A stretch of 64,000 nt of DNA from Thermoplasmatales archaeon SW_10_69_26 (GTDB lineage: Archaea; Thermoplasmatota; SW-10-69-26), in assembly GCA_003009755.1 (NCBI GenBank), contig PXUB01000037.1:850-64849 (forward strand). Reading direction: 5' to 3'. Shown here piece by piece: positions 1 to 9,190 of this stretch. The position numbers were made by a program, and so were the translations under genes. Under the pieces are notes generated by a model. That model saw nothing but the letters and a program-made list of their open reading frames with translations. It was not told where the DNA came from and made no database searches. Numbering within the stretch: the stretch's first letter is position 1; every line of letters starts with the position of its first letter.

Positions 1-1226
1 ACCACGGCGACGGCGAGAACGGTCACGACCACGGTGACGAGAGCAAGGCCAAGCCGGTCTCCAGTGGCTCGCTGGACCTGCCTCTCAACACGACGTTCGA
101 GACGACGCTCGACGAGCCGACCGAGATCGTGTTCACGATCGACGTGGCCGAGAGCCACGACGGCGACAGCCTGACCCCGGTGTTCGCCGGGGCCGAGGTC
201 GTGCGCGGCAACGAGACCGTGTCCACCGAGTCCGACCTCGAGACGCGGGCCAACCCCGACGCCGACGTGCCCCAAGACGACCCGGCCGCCCGCGTGGCCG
301 TGTTCGCGCCGAACGGGGACAAGGTCTACGAGCCCGCCTTCGACCCCGAGGACGACGAGTTCGTGAACAGCAAGTCCTCGGCCTTCACGCCGGGCGAGAC
401 GGTACGCTTCGGCGGCACCGAGAGCGAACCCGTCGCCGAGGGCGCCGCGATCGAGAGCTACGAGTGGTCCTTCGGGGACGGCGAGGCCGCGACCGGCACC
501 ACCACGAGCCACAGCTACGACAAGCAGGGCGTCTTCGAGGTCGAGCTGTCGGTGACCGACTCCTACGGCAACACCGCCAGCCACACCGTCCGCGTCATCG
601 TGCTCCAGACGGAGTGGACGACCGACCTCGTCGACACGAGCTTCGAGGACGGCGCCGGCGACTGGACGACGTCCACGAGCGGCGACGCGCCCGCCGACGA
701 AGCCCGGACGACGTGGGCCCTCGACAGCCAAGGCCACAACTCCAGCACCGCCTGGCACGTCGGCCACCACCTGGCTCACCCCGCGGATCGGGACGAGACG
801 CCCGGCGCGGTCATGACGATGTACCCCGGGTACACGTCGAACGCCGACGCGACGCTGACCTCGCCGACGTTCACGGTCCCTGCGAACTGGACGAACGCCG
901 GCTTCAGCTTCCACGTGGCCGGCGCCAGCGAGGACGATCACGACCCGCTCGAGGTCACCTACACGGTCGGCGGGTCGACCGAAACGGTCGCCACCGTCGA
1001 CCAGACCGACGGCTGGACGCAGTTCCAGGAGCTCGAGGCCCTCTCCGACGCCAGCGGTGAGGAGGTCCAGTTCACCTTCCACTTCACCTCCGACGACATA
1101 ACCGAGCAGGGCCCCGGCTTCTTCGTCGACGACTTCGTGATCGGCGGCGTCGACATCCCGATCGTCAACGCCGACCTGCTCGAGGAGAAAGGCGGCGGCC
1201 ACGACGGTCACGACCACGAGCACTGA
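1..1226 (+). CDS. PKD-domain secreted protein, 5'-truncated at window edge
   Basis: Frame is open from nt 3 with no upstream stop; the GTG at 129 is only the first in-window start. A PKD-like motif is visible (WSFGDGEAATGTTTSHSYDKQGVFEVELSVTDSYGNT). Protein is acidic, with His/Asp-rich stretches at the visible N-end (HGDGENGHDHGDE) and C-end (GGGHDGHDHEH). Stop at 1224-1226. Confidence 0.6.
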   Translation, partial: HGDGENGHDHGDESKAKPVSSGSLDLPLNTTFETTLDEPTEIVFTIDVAESHDGDSLTPVFAGAEVVRGNETVSTESDLETRANPDADVPQDDPAARVAVFAPNGDKVYEPAFDPEDDEFVNSKSSAFTPGETVRFGGTESEPVAEGAAIESYEWSFGDGEAATGTTTSHSYDKQGVFEVELSVTDSYGNTASHTVRVIVLQTEWTTDLVDTSFEDGAGDWTTSTSGDAPADEARTTWALDSQGHNSSTAWHVGHHLAHPADRDETPGAVMTMYPGYTSNADATLTSPTFTVPANWTNAGFSFHVAGASEDDHDPLEVTYTVGGSTETVATVDQTDGWTQFQELEALSDASGEEVQFTFHFTSDDITEQGPGFFVDDFVIGGVDIPIVNADLLEEKGGGHDGHDHEH

Positions 1227-1242
1227 ACTCGTCCCCTGGACG

Positions 1243-1280
1243 GGCCTGGCCCGCCCTCGTTTTCCTTCTCTTCTCGTCGC
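1243..1280 (+). terminator. pyrimidine/T-rich tract downstream of PKD gene (archaeal oligo-T type terminator candidate)
   Basis: cgttttccttctcttctcgtcgcc lies directly after the stop. A similar TCTCTTCTCG-containing tract follows livJ at 54650-54700. Confidence 0.3.
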
Positions 1281-1324
1281 CCCGCCAGCCGAGCGCTCGC
1301 CGACCGCGAACGCCGCCCGCTGGC

Positions 1325-2266
1325 TCAGGCGCCGGATCGTTCCAGGGCGGCGCCCAGCACGAGGGGCAAGATCGCCGTCGCCTCGCCGGTCACGGTCACG
1401 TGATCGGCCTCGGCTTTCAGTTTGTTCCAGCTGATCGCCTCCCGCATCCGGGCGCCCGAGAGCGAGCCGTCGTGTTCGCTGGCGGTCGTGATGTACACTG
1501 CCCGATCGAGGCCGTCGGCGAACTGGGCCCACCAGATCGTGTGGTGTTTGCTGATGCCGCCGCCGACCATCAGCGCGTCGAGCTCGTCGGCGTCCTCGAC
1601 GAGGTTCGAGATCTCGTGCTCGTCGCGGAGCAGATCCAGGGAGAACCCGCGGTCTTGCTCCCACCAGGACCACACCTGGGAGCCGACGGCGCCGTCGGTC
1701 AGCCCCGGCACAAAGACCGGGACGTCCTCGTTCGCGCACGCGGCCAGCAGAGATCCCTCAGCCCCGTCCTCGTCGCGCAACAGGCGGCCGATCTCCCCGC
1801 ACAACCGGCGGCCGGTGACCTCGCCCTCCCCGCTGATCTCGCCTAGCAATGGCCGGACGGTGTCCTCGACGAGCGGTCCGTAGGCTTCCTCGGGCACGAG
1901 CACGCTGCCGAGCCGATGGTAGCCGTGCTCGGCGACCTCGACGTCGTCGAGGGCGAACGACCCCTGCCGATAGGTGGCCTTCGTGCGGGCGATGTCGTGG
2001 TCGAGCGTGCCGCACGTCGTCACGATCGCATCGACGTGGCCCTCCCGGACGAGATCGACGAGCAGGCCGCGCATGCCCGTCGCAACGGGAGCGGCGGGGA
2101 AGGACAAAACGACCGTGCTCTCGGCGGTCAGCATCCGCTCGAGCGTGTTCGCGGCCGAGCTGACCTTGGCGGCGACGAAACCGCCAGCGTCGTCGAAAGC
2201 GTCCACGAGCGCGGCCGCCTCCCGGGCGTCGGTGAGGCGGACGTCCTCGACGGGGTCCGGGTTCAT
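1325..2266 (-). CDS. dys: deoxyhypusine synthase
   Basis: Translation from the internal Met (MNPDPVEDVRL...GGGISKHHTIWWAQ...SWNKLKAEA) reads as a DHS-like protein. The upstream Arg/Pro-rich part of the 455-aa ORF is a GC-frame artefact. The ATG overlaps the stop of the upstream aminotransferase (ATGA at 2263-2266). Confidence 0.85.
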   Translation of the reverse strand: MNPDPVEDVRLTDAREAAALVDAFDDAGGFVAAKVSSAANTLERMLTAESTVVLSFPAAPVATGMRGLLVDLVREGHVDAIVTTCGTLDHDIARTKATYRQGSFALDDVEVAEHGYHRLGSVLVPEEAYGPLVEDTVRPLLGEISGEGEVTGRRLCGEIGRLLRDEDGAEGSLLAACANEDVPVFVPGLTDGAVGSQVWSWWEQDRGFSLDLLRDEHEISNLVEDADELDALMVGGGISKHHTIWWAQFADGLDRAVYITTASEHDGSLSGARMREAISWNKLKAEADHVTVTGEATAILPLVLGAALERSGA

Positions 2267-3411
2267 GTCAGGACCTCTTCGATCCGGTCGAGGCCGCGCT
2301 CGAGCGTGTCCCGGTCGACGGCGTAGGAGAGCCGCACGTGGCCCTCGCCGCCGGGGCCGAAGGCCTCCCCGGGCACGACGGCGACGCCCGCCTCGTCCAG
2401 GAGGTCGTGGGCGAAGGCGCCCCCGTCCTCGACGCCTGGGAAGCGGGCGAACACGTAGAAGGCGCCGCCCGGGTGCGGGAACTGGGCGCCCATCGCCTCG
2501 AGGCGATCGACGACCAGGTCTCGCCGGTCGGCGAACCCCTCTCGCAGTCGATCGACGAAGCCTTGGTCGCCCTGGAGAGCCTCGACGGCCCCGTGCTGGG
2601 CGAACAGCGTCGGATGCGTCACGGAGTGCTGTTGGACCTTGAGCGCCTCCTGGACGAAGGAGGGGCTGGCCGTCAACCACCCGATGCGCCAACCCGTCAT
2701 GGCGTAGGCCTTCGAGACACCGTCGACGGTCACCACCTCCAGGTCCTCGGGGGCCACCTCGGCCGCGGACGTGAACGTGCCCTCGTAGACCAGTTTGCCG
2801 TACACCTCGTCGGAGACGAGCGTCAGGTCCTCCTCGGCCGCCATCTCGGCGACGGCTGCCATCGTCTCCCGGGTCTGGACGGCCCCCGTCGGGTTGGAGG
2901 GCGAGTTCACCAGCACGGCCTGGGTGTCCTCGTTGGCCCGTTCACGCATCTCGTCGACCGGCACCTGGCCCTCGTCGCCCACCGGCACCTGCACCGGCTG
3001 GGCCCCGCACAAGCGGACTTGGGGGGCATACGAGACCCAGGCGGGGCTCGGGATCAACACCTCGTCCCCGTCGTCGAGCAGCACCAGGAAGGCCTCCAAC
3101 AGGGCGTGCTTGGCAGGCGTGACGAGCACCTGGTCGGGGTCGATGGGCTGGCCTCGCAGCCGCTCGTGGTCCCCCGCGATCGCCTCGCGCAACGGACGGA
3201 TGCCTTGACTGGGGCCATAGGTCGTGGCCCCGTCCCGCAGGGCCTTCTCGCAAGCGGCGACGACGGCGTCGGGCGTGGCCGCATCCGGCTCGCCGACGGA
3301 CAGATCGATGACCTCGTCCCCGCGAGCTCGCCGCTGGCGGACGGCATCGGAGATCGAGACGGTCCCGGACACGGGCACCGAGGCGATGCGCTCGGAGAAC
3401 ACGCCGGCCAA
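2263..3411 (-). CDS. pyridoxal-phosphate-dependent aminotransferase, class I/II (aspartate aminotransferase-like)
   Basis: 382 aa. Carries ...DLSVGEPD..., NSPSNPTG and the SKAYAMTGWRIGW (Lys-PLP) motif of fold-type I aminotransferases. Start is TTG at 3411 (GTG at 3402 is an alternative). Translationally coupled to dys. Confidence 0.85.
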   Translation of the reverse strand: MAGVFSERIASVPVSGTVSISDAVRQRRARGDEVIDLSVGEPDAATPDAVVAACEKALRDGATTYGPSQGIRPLREAIAGDHERLRGQPIDPDQVLVTPAKHALLEAFLVLLDDGDEVLIPSPAWVSYAPQVRLCGAQPVQVPVGDEGQVPVDEMRERANEDTQAVLVNSPSNPTGAVQTRETMAAVAEMAAEEDLTLVSDEVYGKLVYEGTFTSAAEVAPEDLEVVTVDGVSKAYAMTGWRIGWLTASPSFVQEALKVQQHSVTHPTLFAQHGAVEALQGDQGFVDRLREGFADRRDLVVDRLEAMGAQFPHPGGAFYVFARFPGVEDGGAFAHDLLDEAGVAVVPGEAFGPGGEGHVRLSYAVDRDTLERGLDRIEEVLT

Positions 3412-3426
3412 GACGTCGGGCCCAAG

Positions 3427-4140
3427 ATGAAGCTTTCAGTCCCGTGCGGTCTGACGGGCCCGATCGGGTCCGGAACCTTCATCGGGCCCTCCCAGGGTGG
3501 CCCGCGCGTGTCGATCCGGCGGACGCTGGCGGTCGACGCCTCGCCGGCCAAAGCGTTGGCGGCGCTGGCGACAGCCGGCGAGAACCTCGATTACGACGTC
3601 CGCCGCGCCGATCCCTCGCTGGGCGTGCTCGTCATGACCAGCCCCTGGACGCGTGAAGCCGTCAGCTTCGGCTACATCGCTACAGCCCGTGCAAGCGCCG
3701 GCTCGCAAGCGGTCGAGGTCGAGATCGACGTCACCCCCCGGGCCGGGTTCTGGGCGATCGAGGGGTCGGCCAGACAGGCCGACGAGCTCCTCGACGAGCT
3801 ACGTTACGTTTTGAAGGCTCCCGAGGCCCGGATCCGACGCCCCGAGCAGCTGGGCCGACCCGACCGCCCCTTCGGCTACCGGCCCGAGATCGCCGGCGCC
3901 GTCTGGGCCATCGCCAGCCTCGTCGTCTTCGGCCTGCTCGTCGGTGGTCGCTGGTGGCTGGCTGCTGCTGCCGGTGTTCTCGGTGGCGGCCTCATGCTTC
4001 GTCCCACGCAGGGCAAAGGCTGGACCGTGCCGGTCGCCCTCGCCGGGTTCGCCTCGCTACCGTTCGGCCTCGTCGGCCTCACCCTCCGCCGCGAAGCCCT
4101 CGCGCAGGCGTACTGGCAGGCCCTCAAGCGCGATGGTTGA
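3427..4140 (+). CDS. hypothetical membrane protein (soluble N-domain plus 2 C-terminal TM helices)
   Basis: ATG at 3427 (MKLSVPCGL...). C-terminal hydrophobic segments AVWAIASLVVFGLLVGGRWWLAAAAGVLGGGLML and VPVALAGFASLPFGLVGL. The upstream 600-aa ORF is a composite artefact. The start is uncertain because it lies only 16 nt from the divergent aminotransferase start. Confidence 0.4.
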   Translation: MKLSVPCGLTGPIGSGTFIGPSQGGPRVSIRRTLAVDASPAKALAALATAGENLDYDVRRADPSLGVLVMTSPWTREAVSFGYIATARASAGSQAVEVEIDVTPRAGFWAIEGSARQADELLDELRYVLKAPEARIRRPEQLGRPDRPFGYRPEIAGAVWAIASLVVFGLLVGGRWWLAAAAGVLGGGLMLRPTQGKGWTVPVALAGFASLPFGLVGLTLRREALAQAYWQALKRDG

Positions 4141-4228
4141 CGCTATCAGGCTTTCGGGCTCACAGCCTTCACGGGCTCGGGGCTTTACCTTACACCGTCG
4201 GCGTTTTCCGCTCGAGCGTCGTTGGCGG

Positions 4229-5008
4229 CGCCGTATGGAACCGGACACGGTGACATTCGCAGCCTGCGGTTGGTCGCTAGCTCGCCCGAGAGCCCACGGC
4301 ACCTCGATCGCGCTCCACGGAGACGCCGGCACCGTGCTGGTGGACGCCGGCGGCGACGTGGCCAAACAGCTCGCCCGCCTCGACGCGACCTCCTCGCTCG
4401 AACGCGTCTATCTCACCCACGAGCACCCGGACCACCTCTGGGGCTTGCCGGGGTTGATCCACTCGCTTCGGTTCACCTCGCGTGAGCGCCCGCTCGCGCT
4501 CGTGGGACCCGCGCCCGCGCTCGCGCGGGTACGCGGCGCGCTCGACGCGCTCGACGTCACGTGCCCGTTCCCGCTCGAGTGGCGAGAGATCGAGGACGAG
4601 GCCGGCAGCGACGATATCGCCCAGTGGGCTCCGATGGATCACAGCGTCGCGACCCTGGGGTACCGGTTCGGGGACGTCACCGTTCTCGGGGACACCCGCC
4701 CCACCGAGCAGGTCACGGACTTGGCGGAGGGGTCCAGCCTCCTCGTCCACGAGGCCACCCACACTGACGCCGACCGTTGTCACGCCAGCGGCCACTCGAC
4801 GCCGGCCGACGCCGGGCGGGCAGCCAGCCGAGCGGGCGTGGCCACCCTCGGGTTGATCCACATCCACCCGAGCCTCTCCGCCAAGAGGGCCGTCGAGGAG
4901 GCTGGTTTCCCCGATACCATCGCCCCCGAGGATGGCGACCAGCTCCGGCACACCGCCGAAGGGTGGGAACAACGGTCCGGAGTTGAGGACGGAACGGACA
5001 CCCCTTGA
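4229..5008 (+). CDS. MBL-fold metallo-hydrolase (RNase Z / beta-lactamase-domain family)
   Basis: ATG at 4229 (MEPDTVTF...). Contains the HxHxDH motif (YLTHEHPDHLWG) and later His/Asp ligands (LVHEATH, HSTP, IHIHP). Confidence 0.7.
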   Translation, partial: RRMEPDTVTFAACGWSLARPRAHGTSIALHGDAGTVLVDAGGDVAKQLARLDATSSLERVYLTHEHPDHLWGLPGLIHSLRFTSRERPLALVGPAPALARVRGALDALDVTCPFPLEWREIEDEAGSDDIAQWAPMDHSVATLGYRFGDVTVLGDTRPTEQVTDLAEGSSLLVHEATHTDADRCHASGHSTPADAGRAASRAGVATLGLIHIHPSLSAKRAVEEAGFPDTIAPEDGDQLRHTAEGWEQRSGVEDGTDTP

Positions 5009-6222
5009 TGGCGGTTCTGTGCTGAAGGGTCGACCCTACCAGAACCCTGTGTGGCGCCCACCCTCTCGCTCCCCGGCCCGTTAGTGGTCACATATGTTCA
5101 CCAGACGGGTAGCCACGCGCTGTGGGCGCCCTGGCTGGATCGCGGTGGAAGGTGTACGGGCTCGCCCTAACACCACCTGCTCAGCGGATCTCTCGCATCT
5201 GTGAAGGCGGAACCAAGAGCACCTCCCAGGCGTAGGCTACACCCAACACACTATTGGGGTGGGCTCTTGACGGCTGCGGGATCCCGCTGAGATCGCCGGT
5301 CACGCCCACCCGCGGGTAGATGCGAACCACATCGCGAACTCGGCATCGTTGATAAAGGCAGCCACCTCCGTACGGGGACGCGTTAACACTCTGGCCCAGC
5401 GTCTAGCAGCTAGGCTGGGTCGAGTCGATAGTGGGCAAACGTGTGCATCGACGGCCTCGAAGGCAACCTGTTTTCGGCCGGCTAACCCCATCCCTGGCAC
5501 CCCGCTGACCGCCCAAGGCGGTGATCCGTCAGGAGAGGTCCTCTAAGTGTCAGACCCTTGCTTGTTGGTCGCCATGGTGGGCTGGGGTGCCTTCAAGCTC
5601 GTCAGCGCGGTGATCGGATCGCCGAAGCGCGAGAAGGAGGGGGGAGGGAGAGAGCAAGATGGTTCCCGTCGGCGTCGGTGCCCGTTGTTGGCGGATGTTA
5701 GGGTGGGGCCGCCCCAGGGGGAAGGGTGTCGCGTGAAGCCACAATTATACAAAGTCCCAGCCTTTACCGAGCTCGTTCGGGCGTCTGTGGGGCGGGAGAT
5801 GGCGGCGACGAGCTGCGGTCAACGGTTGTCTCTAATAGGTGACCGGGCTCGATCGTCGGCCTTCGTCGACTCCTCGGCTCCTGTGGGAGCCCTCGAAGGT
5901 CAGCGGATCTGCGTGAGGTGGCACAGGTGGTAGCCGGGCCTGGAGTCTGGCTCGCACCGGAGCCTTGCCTGCTGCCGATCGCATCCATCTCGTCGGGCAA
6001 TGCATCGACCGAAGGTTCCAGCTTTGGAAGATCAAGGGTGTTGCAGGGGGAGGCAAACGCCATCACGGGTCAGACTTGACGGCGAGGTGGAGCACCCTGG
6101 CTGGAGTCCAGTTTGCCAGCGGCTGGGCGTACCCATCTGAGCCCGTCAGCCCACGGTGTAATGCTGAGGCTGAACTGTGTTGCGGGTGTACCGTGGAAAG
6201 CCGACGGGCTTGGGGTCGATGG

Positions 6223-7542
6223 TTAACGGTAGGCTGCGAGGTCGGTTTTCATGAACTCGCGGAGGAGGCAGGTGGCGTAGTTCCCTTTGGGGAGGGTGAA
6301 CGAGACGGTGACGTGGTCGCCGCGGTCGTCGCAGCCGGCCTCGACCTCGCAGGTTTCCAGGGGACACCACATCGGTCGACGGGTTCCGTCGGCGGATAGT
6401 TTCGGCAGCTCGAGGAGGTGGAAGTCCTCGGTCGAGATGCCCTCGTCCTCGAGGATCCGCCGCTCGATGTCTCCCTGGAGGGCGTCGGCTGGGCCCTCGT
6501 CGTAGCCGGGCAACAGCCCGGTCGGCAGACCCCATCCCCGCCGGGTGGCGTCCCCGCATCGGTCGGCGTTGGCTTCCCGCACGGGGATGTTGCGGTCCTT
6601 GTCCGGGTTCCCCCGGGGGTCGACCGGCACGAGCACGTCTCCCTGTTCGGCCTGGCCCGGGTGGCCCGTCTGGGCGCGCTCCGTCAGCGCGCGGTTGAAA
6701 CAGTAGCTCTGGTAGGCGGAGACGAACAACCGCGCGAGGTTCAGAGGCAGCGTGTGGATCGCGCCGACAGCGTCGTCGGGATCCTCGGCCAGGTGCTCGA
6801 GCATCCGATGCTCGTGATCGAATCGCTCCGGCAACGACTCGCGGGCGCACTCGACGTCGCGGGAGGCGAAGATCTCCTCGCGTTCTTCGCGGATCCTTGG
6901 TGGATCGTGGCGGCTGGGGTAGGCGATGTAGGTCCACACCGCGTCCTCGAGGTTGCCATGCACCAGCTGCCGCCCGACGCGGTGCGTGACCGGACGGACG
7001 GAACCGAACCGCTGCGGGCCGAAGAAGTTTGGGAAGCCGCCCATCTCGAGCACCTCGTCGCGGATGGCCTCCGCGCGGCGGCGAGCCTCGTCGAGCCCGG
7101 GGTCGAGGTCGCGGACGGTGACGTGGAAGGTGTTGGCCTCGTGCTCGCCGAGCTTCGGGGCCCGGTCGACCCGCCACGTATCGACGACGGTGACGTCGCC
7201 GAGGCTGATCTCGCGGACGCGTTGTTCGGGTGCCTGGATGGCGATGTTCTGTTCGGTGACCGCTCGCTTGTCCTTCGTGCCGGTGAAGTAGACCTCGCGC
7301 TCGGCGATGCCGAGATGCTTGGCCAGCTTGCGTGCCAACCGATGGGTCTCCCAGTTGCGGGCCCGGATGCGGGCGAGCGTGTACTTGCCCTCGCCTCGAG
7401 CCTCGCGTACCGGGGCCGAGTCCTCGGCCACGCGGAAGTCCTCGGCGTGGGTTTTGATCTGGCCCCCGATCCCGGGGGTGTCGGTGGCGAAGAAGCCGAG
7501 GCCGATGTCGGCTTCGGCCCGCGGGACGTCCCCGTCGAACAC
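6223..7542 (-). CDS. truD: tRNA pseudouridine synthase TruD (Pus7 family), archaeal type
   Basis: 439 aa. TruD motifs FTGTKDKRAVTEQ and FGPQRFG are present. GTG start at 7542, 4 nt after the rpoL stop. Confidence 0.8.
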   Translation of the reverse strand: MFDGDVPRAEADIGLGFFATDTPGIGGQIKTHAEDFRVAEDSAPVREARGEGKYTLARIRARNWETHRLARKLAKHLGIAEREVYFTGTKDKRAVTEQNIAIQAPEQRVREISLGDVTVVDTWRVDRAPKLGEHEANTFHVTVRDLDPGLDEARRRAEAIRDEVLEMGGFPNFFGPQRFGSVRPVTHRVGRQLVHGNLEDAVWTYIAYPSRHDPPRIREEREEIFASRDVECARESLPERFDHEHRMLEHLAEDPDDAVGAIHTLPLNLARLFVSAYQSYCFNRALTERAQTGHPGQAEQGDVLVPVDPRGNPDKDRNIPVREANADRCGDATRRGWGLPTGLLPGYDEGPADALQGDIERRILEDEGISTEDFHLLELPKLSADGTRRPMWCPLETCEVEAGCDDRGDHVTVSFTLPKGNYATCLLREFMKTDLAAYR

Positions 7543-7546
7543 CGCG

Positions 7547-7825
7547 CTACTCCAGGTCGTCGAGCAGCTCGTCCTCGAAGTTGTCGAGGTCGCCGCGCAA
7601 CTGCTTGGCGGCGTTCTTGAGGGCGGTCTCCGGGCGACGGCCCTCGCCGGTGCGGATGACGAGTCGAGGCTCGTCCAGGACCGGGTGGTCCTGGATCACG
7701 GTCGACGTCTCCACCTTGTCGTCCTCGAGGATCCGCTCCTTCAGCAGCTGGAGCACGGTCCGGCTCTCGCCAGTGAACTCGAGATCGAGAAGGCGTTTCT
7801 CCTGCTTGTGAACGACGAACTCCAT
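7547..7825 (-). CDS. rpoL: DNA-directed RNA polymerase subunit L (Rpb11 homologue)
   Basis: 92 aa from ATG at 7825 (MEFVVHKQEKRLLDLEFTGESRTVLQLLKERILED...). The upstream part of the 127-aa ORF is spurious. Sits in the conserved archaeal csl4-rpoL neighbourhood. Confidence 0.8.
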   Translation of the reverse strand: MEFVVHKQEKRLLDLEFTGESRTVLQLLKERILEDDKVETSTVIQDHPVLDEPRLVIRTGEGRRPETALKNAAKQLRGDLDNFEDELLDDLE

Positions 7826-7838
7826 GTGGGTCACCTCG

Positions 7839-8513
7839 TCAGTCTCCGTTGCCGGGGCTGTACTGCGGGCGCGGCGGGAAATCGATCCCGTGGTCACGCT
7901 GGGCCTGCTCGCGTTGCTCCATGAGCTCATCGACGTTGTCAGGGGGGAGCAGGTTGCCGAGCCCGTAGTCGGCGGCCATCTTGGCGCGCTCCTTCCACTC
8001 GCAAGCCGGACAAACCAGGCCGTCTCCCTTCGTCTCCATCACGGTGCGGCACTTCGGGCACCGGGCCACGAGGACGCCGAGCCCGTCGTCCTTGGTGAGC
8101 AACTGGATCGACGGGTCGTCGTCGATCACGCGGGCTCGGATCAGGTCGCCGATCCGGAACGCGTCCTCGATCTGGTCGAGGTAATCCGGCGAGATCTTCG
8201 AGATGTGGAGCGTTCCGCTGCCGACCTCGGGCAGCTCACGGCCGGGTTCGGCGGCGTTGGCCTCCAGGTCGACGCTCACGAAGCTCTTCCTGATGGAGGT
8301 AACGCGGCCGATGACGATGTCGCCATCGTCGAGCGTGGCTGGGGTCTGCGTCCGCGGGCGGACGCGAGCCTCGAAGGACCCGGGATCCAGCTCGGCCTCG
8401 CCCACGCGAGCCGCGTAGACCATCCCGTCCTCCTCGTAGGCACCGTCGCCGGGCATGAACTGCTCGGCTACGCCCAGCTCGTCGCCTGGGAAGACGATCT
8501 CGGAGTCGGCCAT
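7839..8513 (-). CDS. csl4: exosome complex RNA-binding subunit Csl4
   Basis: 224 aa from ATG at 8513 (MADSEIVFPGDELGVAEQF...). C-terminal Zn-ribbon CPKCRTVMETKGDGLVCPACEW is typical of archaeal Csl4. The upstream part of the 341-aa ORF is a GC-frame artefact. Confidence 0.8.
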   Translation of the reverse strand: MADSEIVFPGDELGVAEQFMPGDGAYEEDGMVYAARVGEAELDPGSFEARVRPRTQTPATLDDGDIVIGRVTSIRKSFVSVDLEANAAEPGRELPEVGSGTLHISKISPDYLDQIEDAFRIGDLIRARVIDDDPSIQLLTKDDGLGVLVARCPKCRTVMETKGDGLVCPACEWKERAKMAADYGLGNLLPPDNVDELMEQREQAQRDHGIDFPPRPQYSPGNGD

Positions 8514-8533
8514 CGCCGCAAGCACCGGCCCAC

Positions 8534-8546
8534 GAGAGATAAAGGT
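8534..8546 (-). promoter_or_regulatory. TATA box (TTTATC) about 27 nt upstream of csl4 ATG; leaderless-type promoter
   Basis: Minus-strand reading is acctttatctctc, centred about 27 nt from the ATG at 8513. This is the spacing expected for haloarchaeal leaderless transcripts. Confidence 0.45.
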
Positions 8547-9190
8547 TTGGGCCTCGACGCTCCGGACCCTCGAAGCAAGCGGCGGGAGGGCGGACCTCGG
8601 ACCCAGGCCGAGAGGGTGATGACGACAGGATGAGAACCGATTCCCTTCCCTCAATAAGACGGCTGAAAACCGCAGATACCTATGCCTGATCTGGTTGGGT
8701 CTTGAATATCTCGACCGAGAGTCTGCAAGACGGGTAGTGATGACGGATCGACGTCGTGGGGGGTTCCTGGCAGGACGGTCGCCGATCGGAGCTGGGCACC
8801 GGGGGGTGGACGTTCCCCGAAGCTGTGCCCCGTCCCGACCGGCGGGGGGCGATCGATGAAACACCCTCGAGCCTATCGCCGGGTTGGATGGCAGACTCAG
8901 ATGAAGCGATGGATCCCTGCTTCGTCGACCGCCGGAGGGGGGGAGGGCTCACCGCGTCAGCGTGCTGGGGGACGAACTACGGCAGACGTCGTCGGCTGCT
9001 TCCCCCACGATCGGAACCGATGGTCGGCATCCGGGTACCGTCAGGATCCAAGCGATCATCGACGACGGGAACGAGTCTGGGGACCGGTAACCGAAGCGGA
9101 TGAACGATGGCCGAGAATAGAAGTGATGACGAAAGAAGAGTCAGAGACGGAGGGGGGGATGTTCGGAATCGACGATACTTCTGTGTAAGC

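Noticed and set aside
1325-2692. 455-aa version of the deoxyhypusine synthase ORF with a 142-aa Arg-rich N-terminal extension
   Set aside because: The extension overlaps the aminotransferase gene in another frame and is compositionally aberrant. The DHS sequence begins at the internal Met with an ATGA overlap.
2338-4140. 600-aa plus-strand ORF spanning the aminotransferase locus
   Set aside because: Its first ~360 residues are antisense-frame noise over the aminotransferase gene. Only the C-terminal 237 aa (from ATG 3427) look like a real acidic protein with TM helices.
6190-6215. Possible RNase P RNA P4 helix (GTGGAAAGCCGACGGGCTTGG)
   Set aside because: Only a loose resemblance to the GGAAAGUCCGGGCU consensus, and no matching 3' P4 strand (ACAGAAnCCGGCUUA) nearby.
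9150-9175. tRNA-like T-arm (GGATGTTCGGAATCGAC)
   Set aside because: The loop does not fit the TTCRANY pattern (position 58 is not A). No acceptor or anticodon stems could be built around it.
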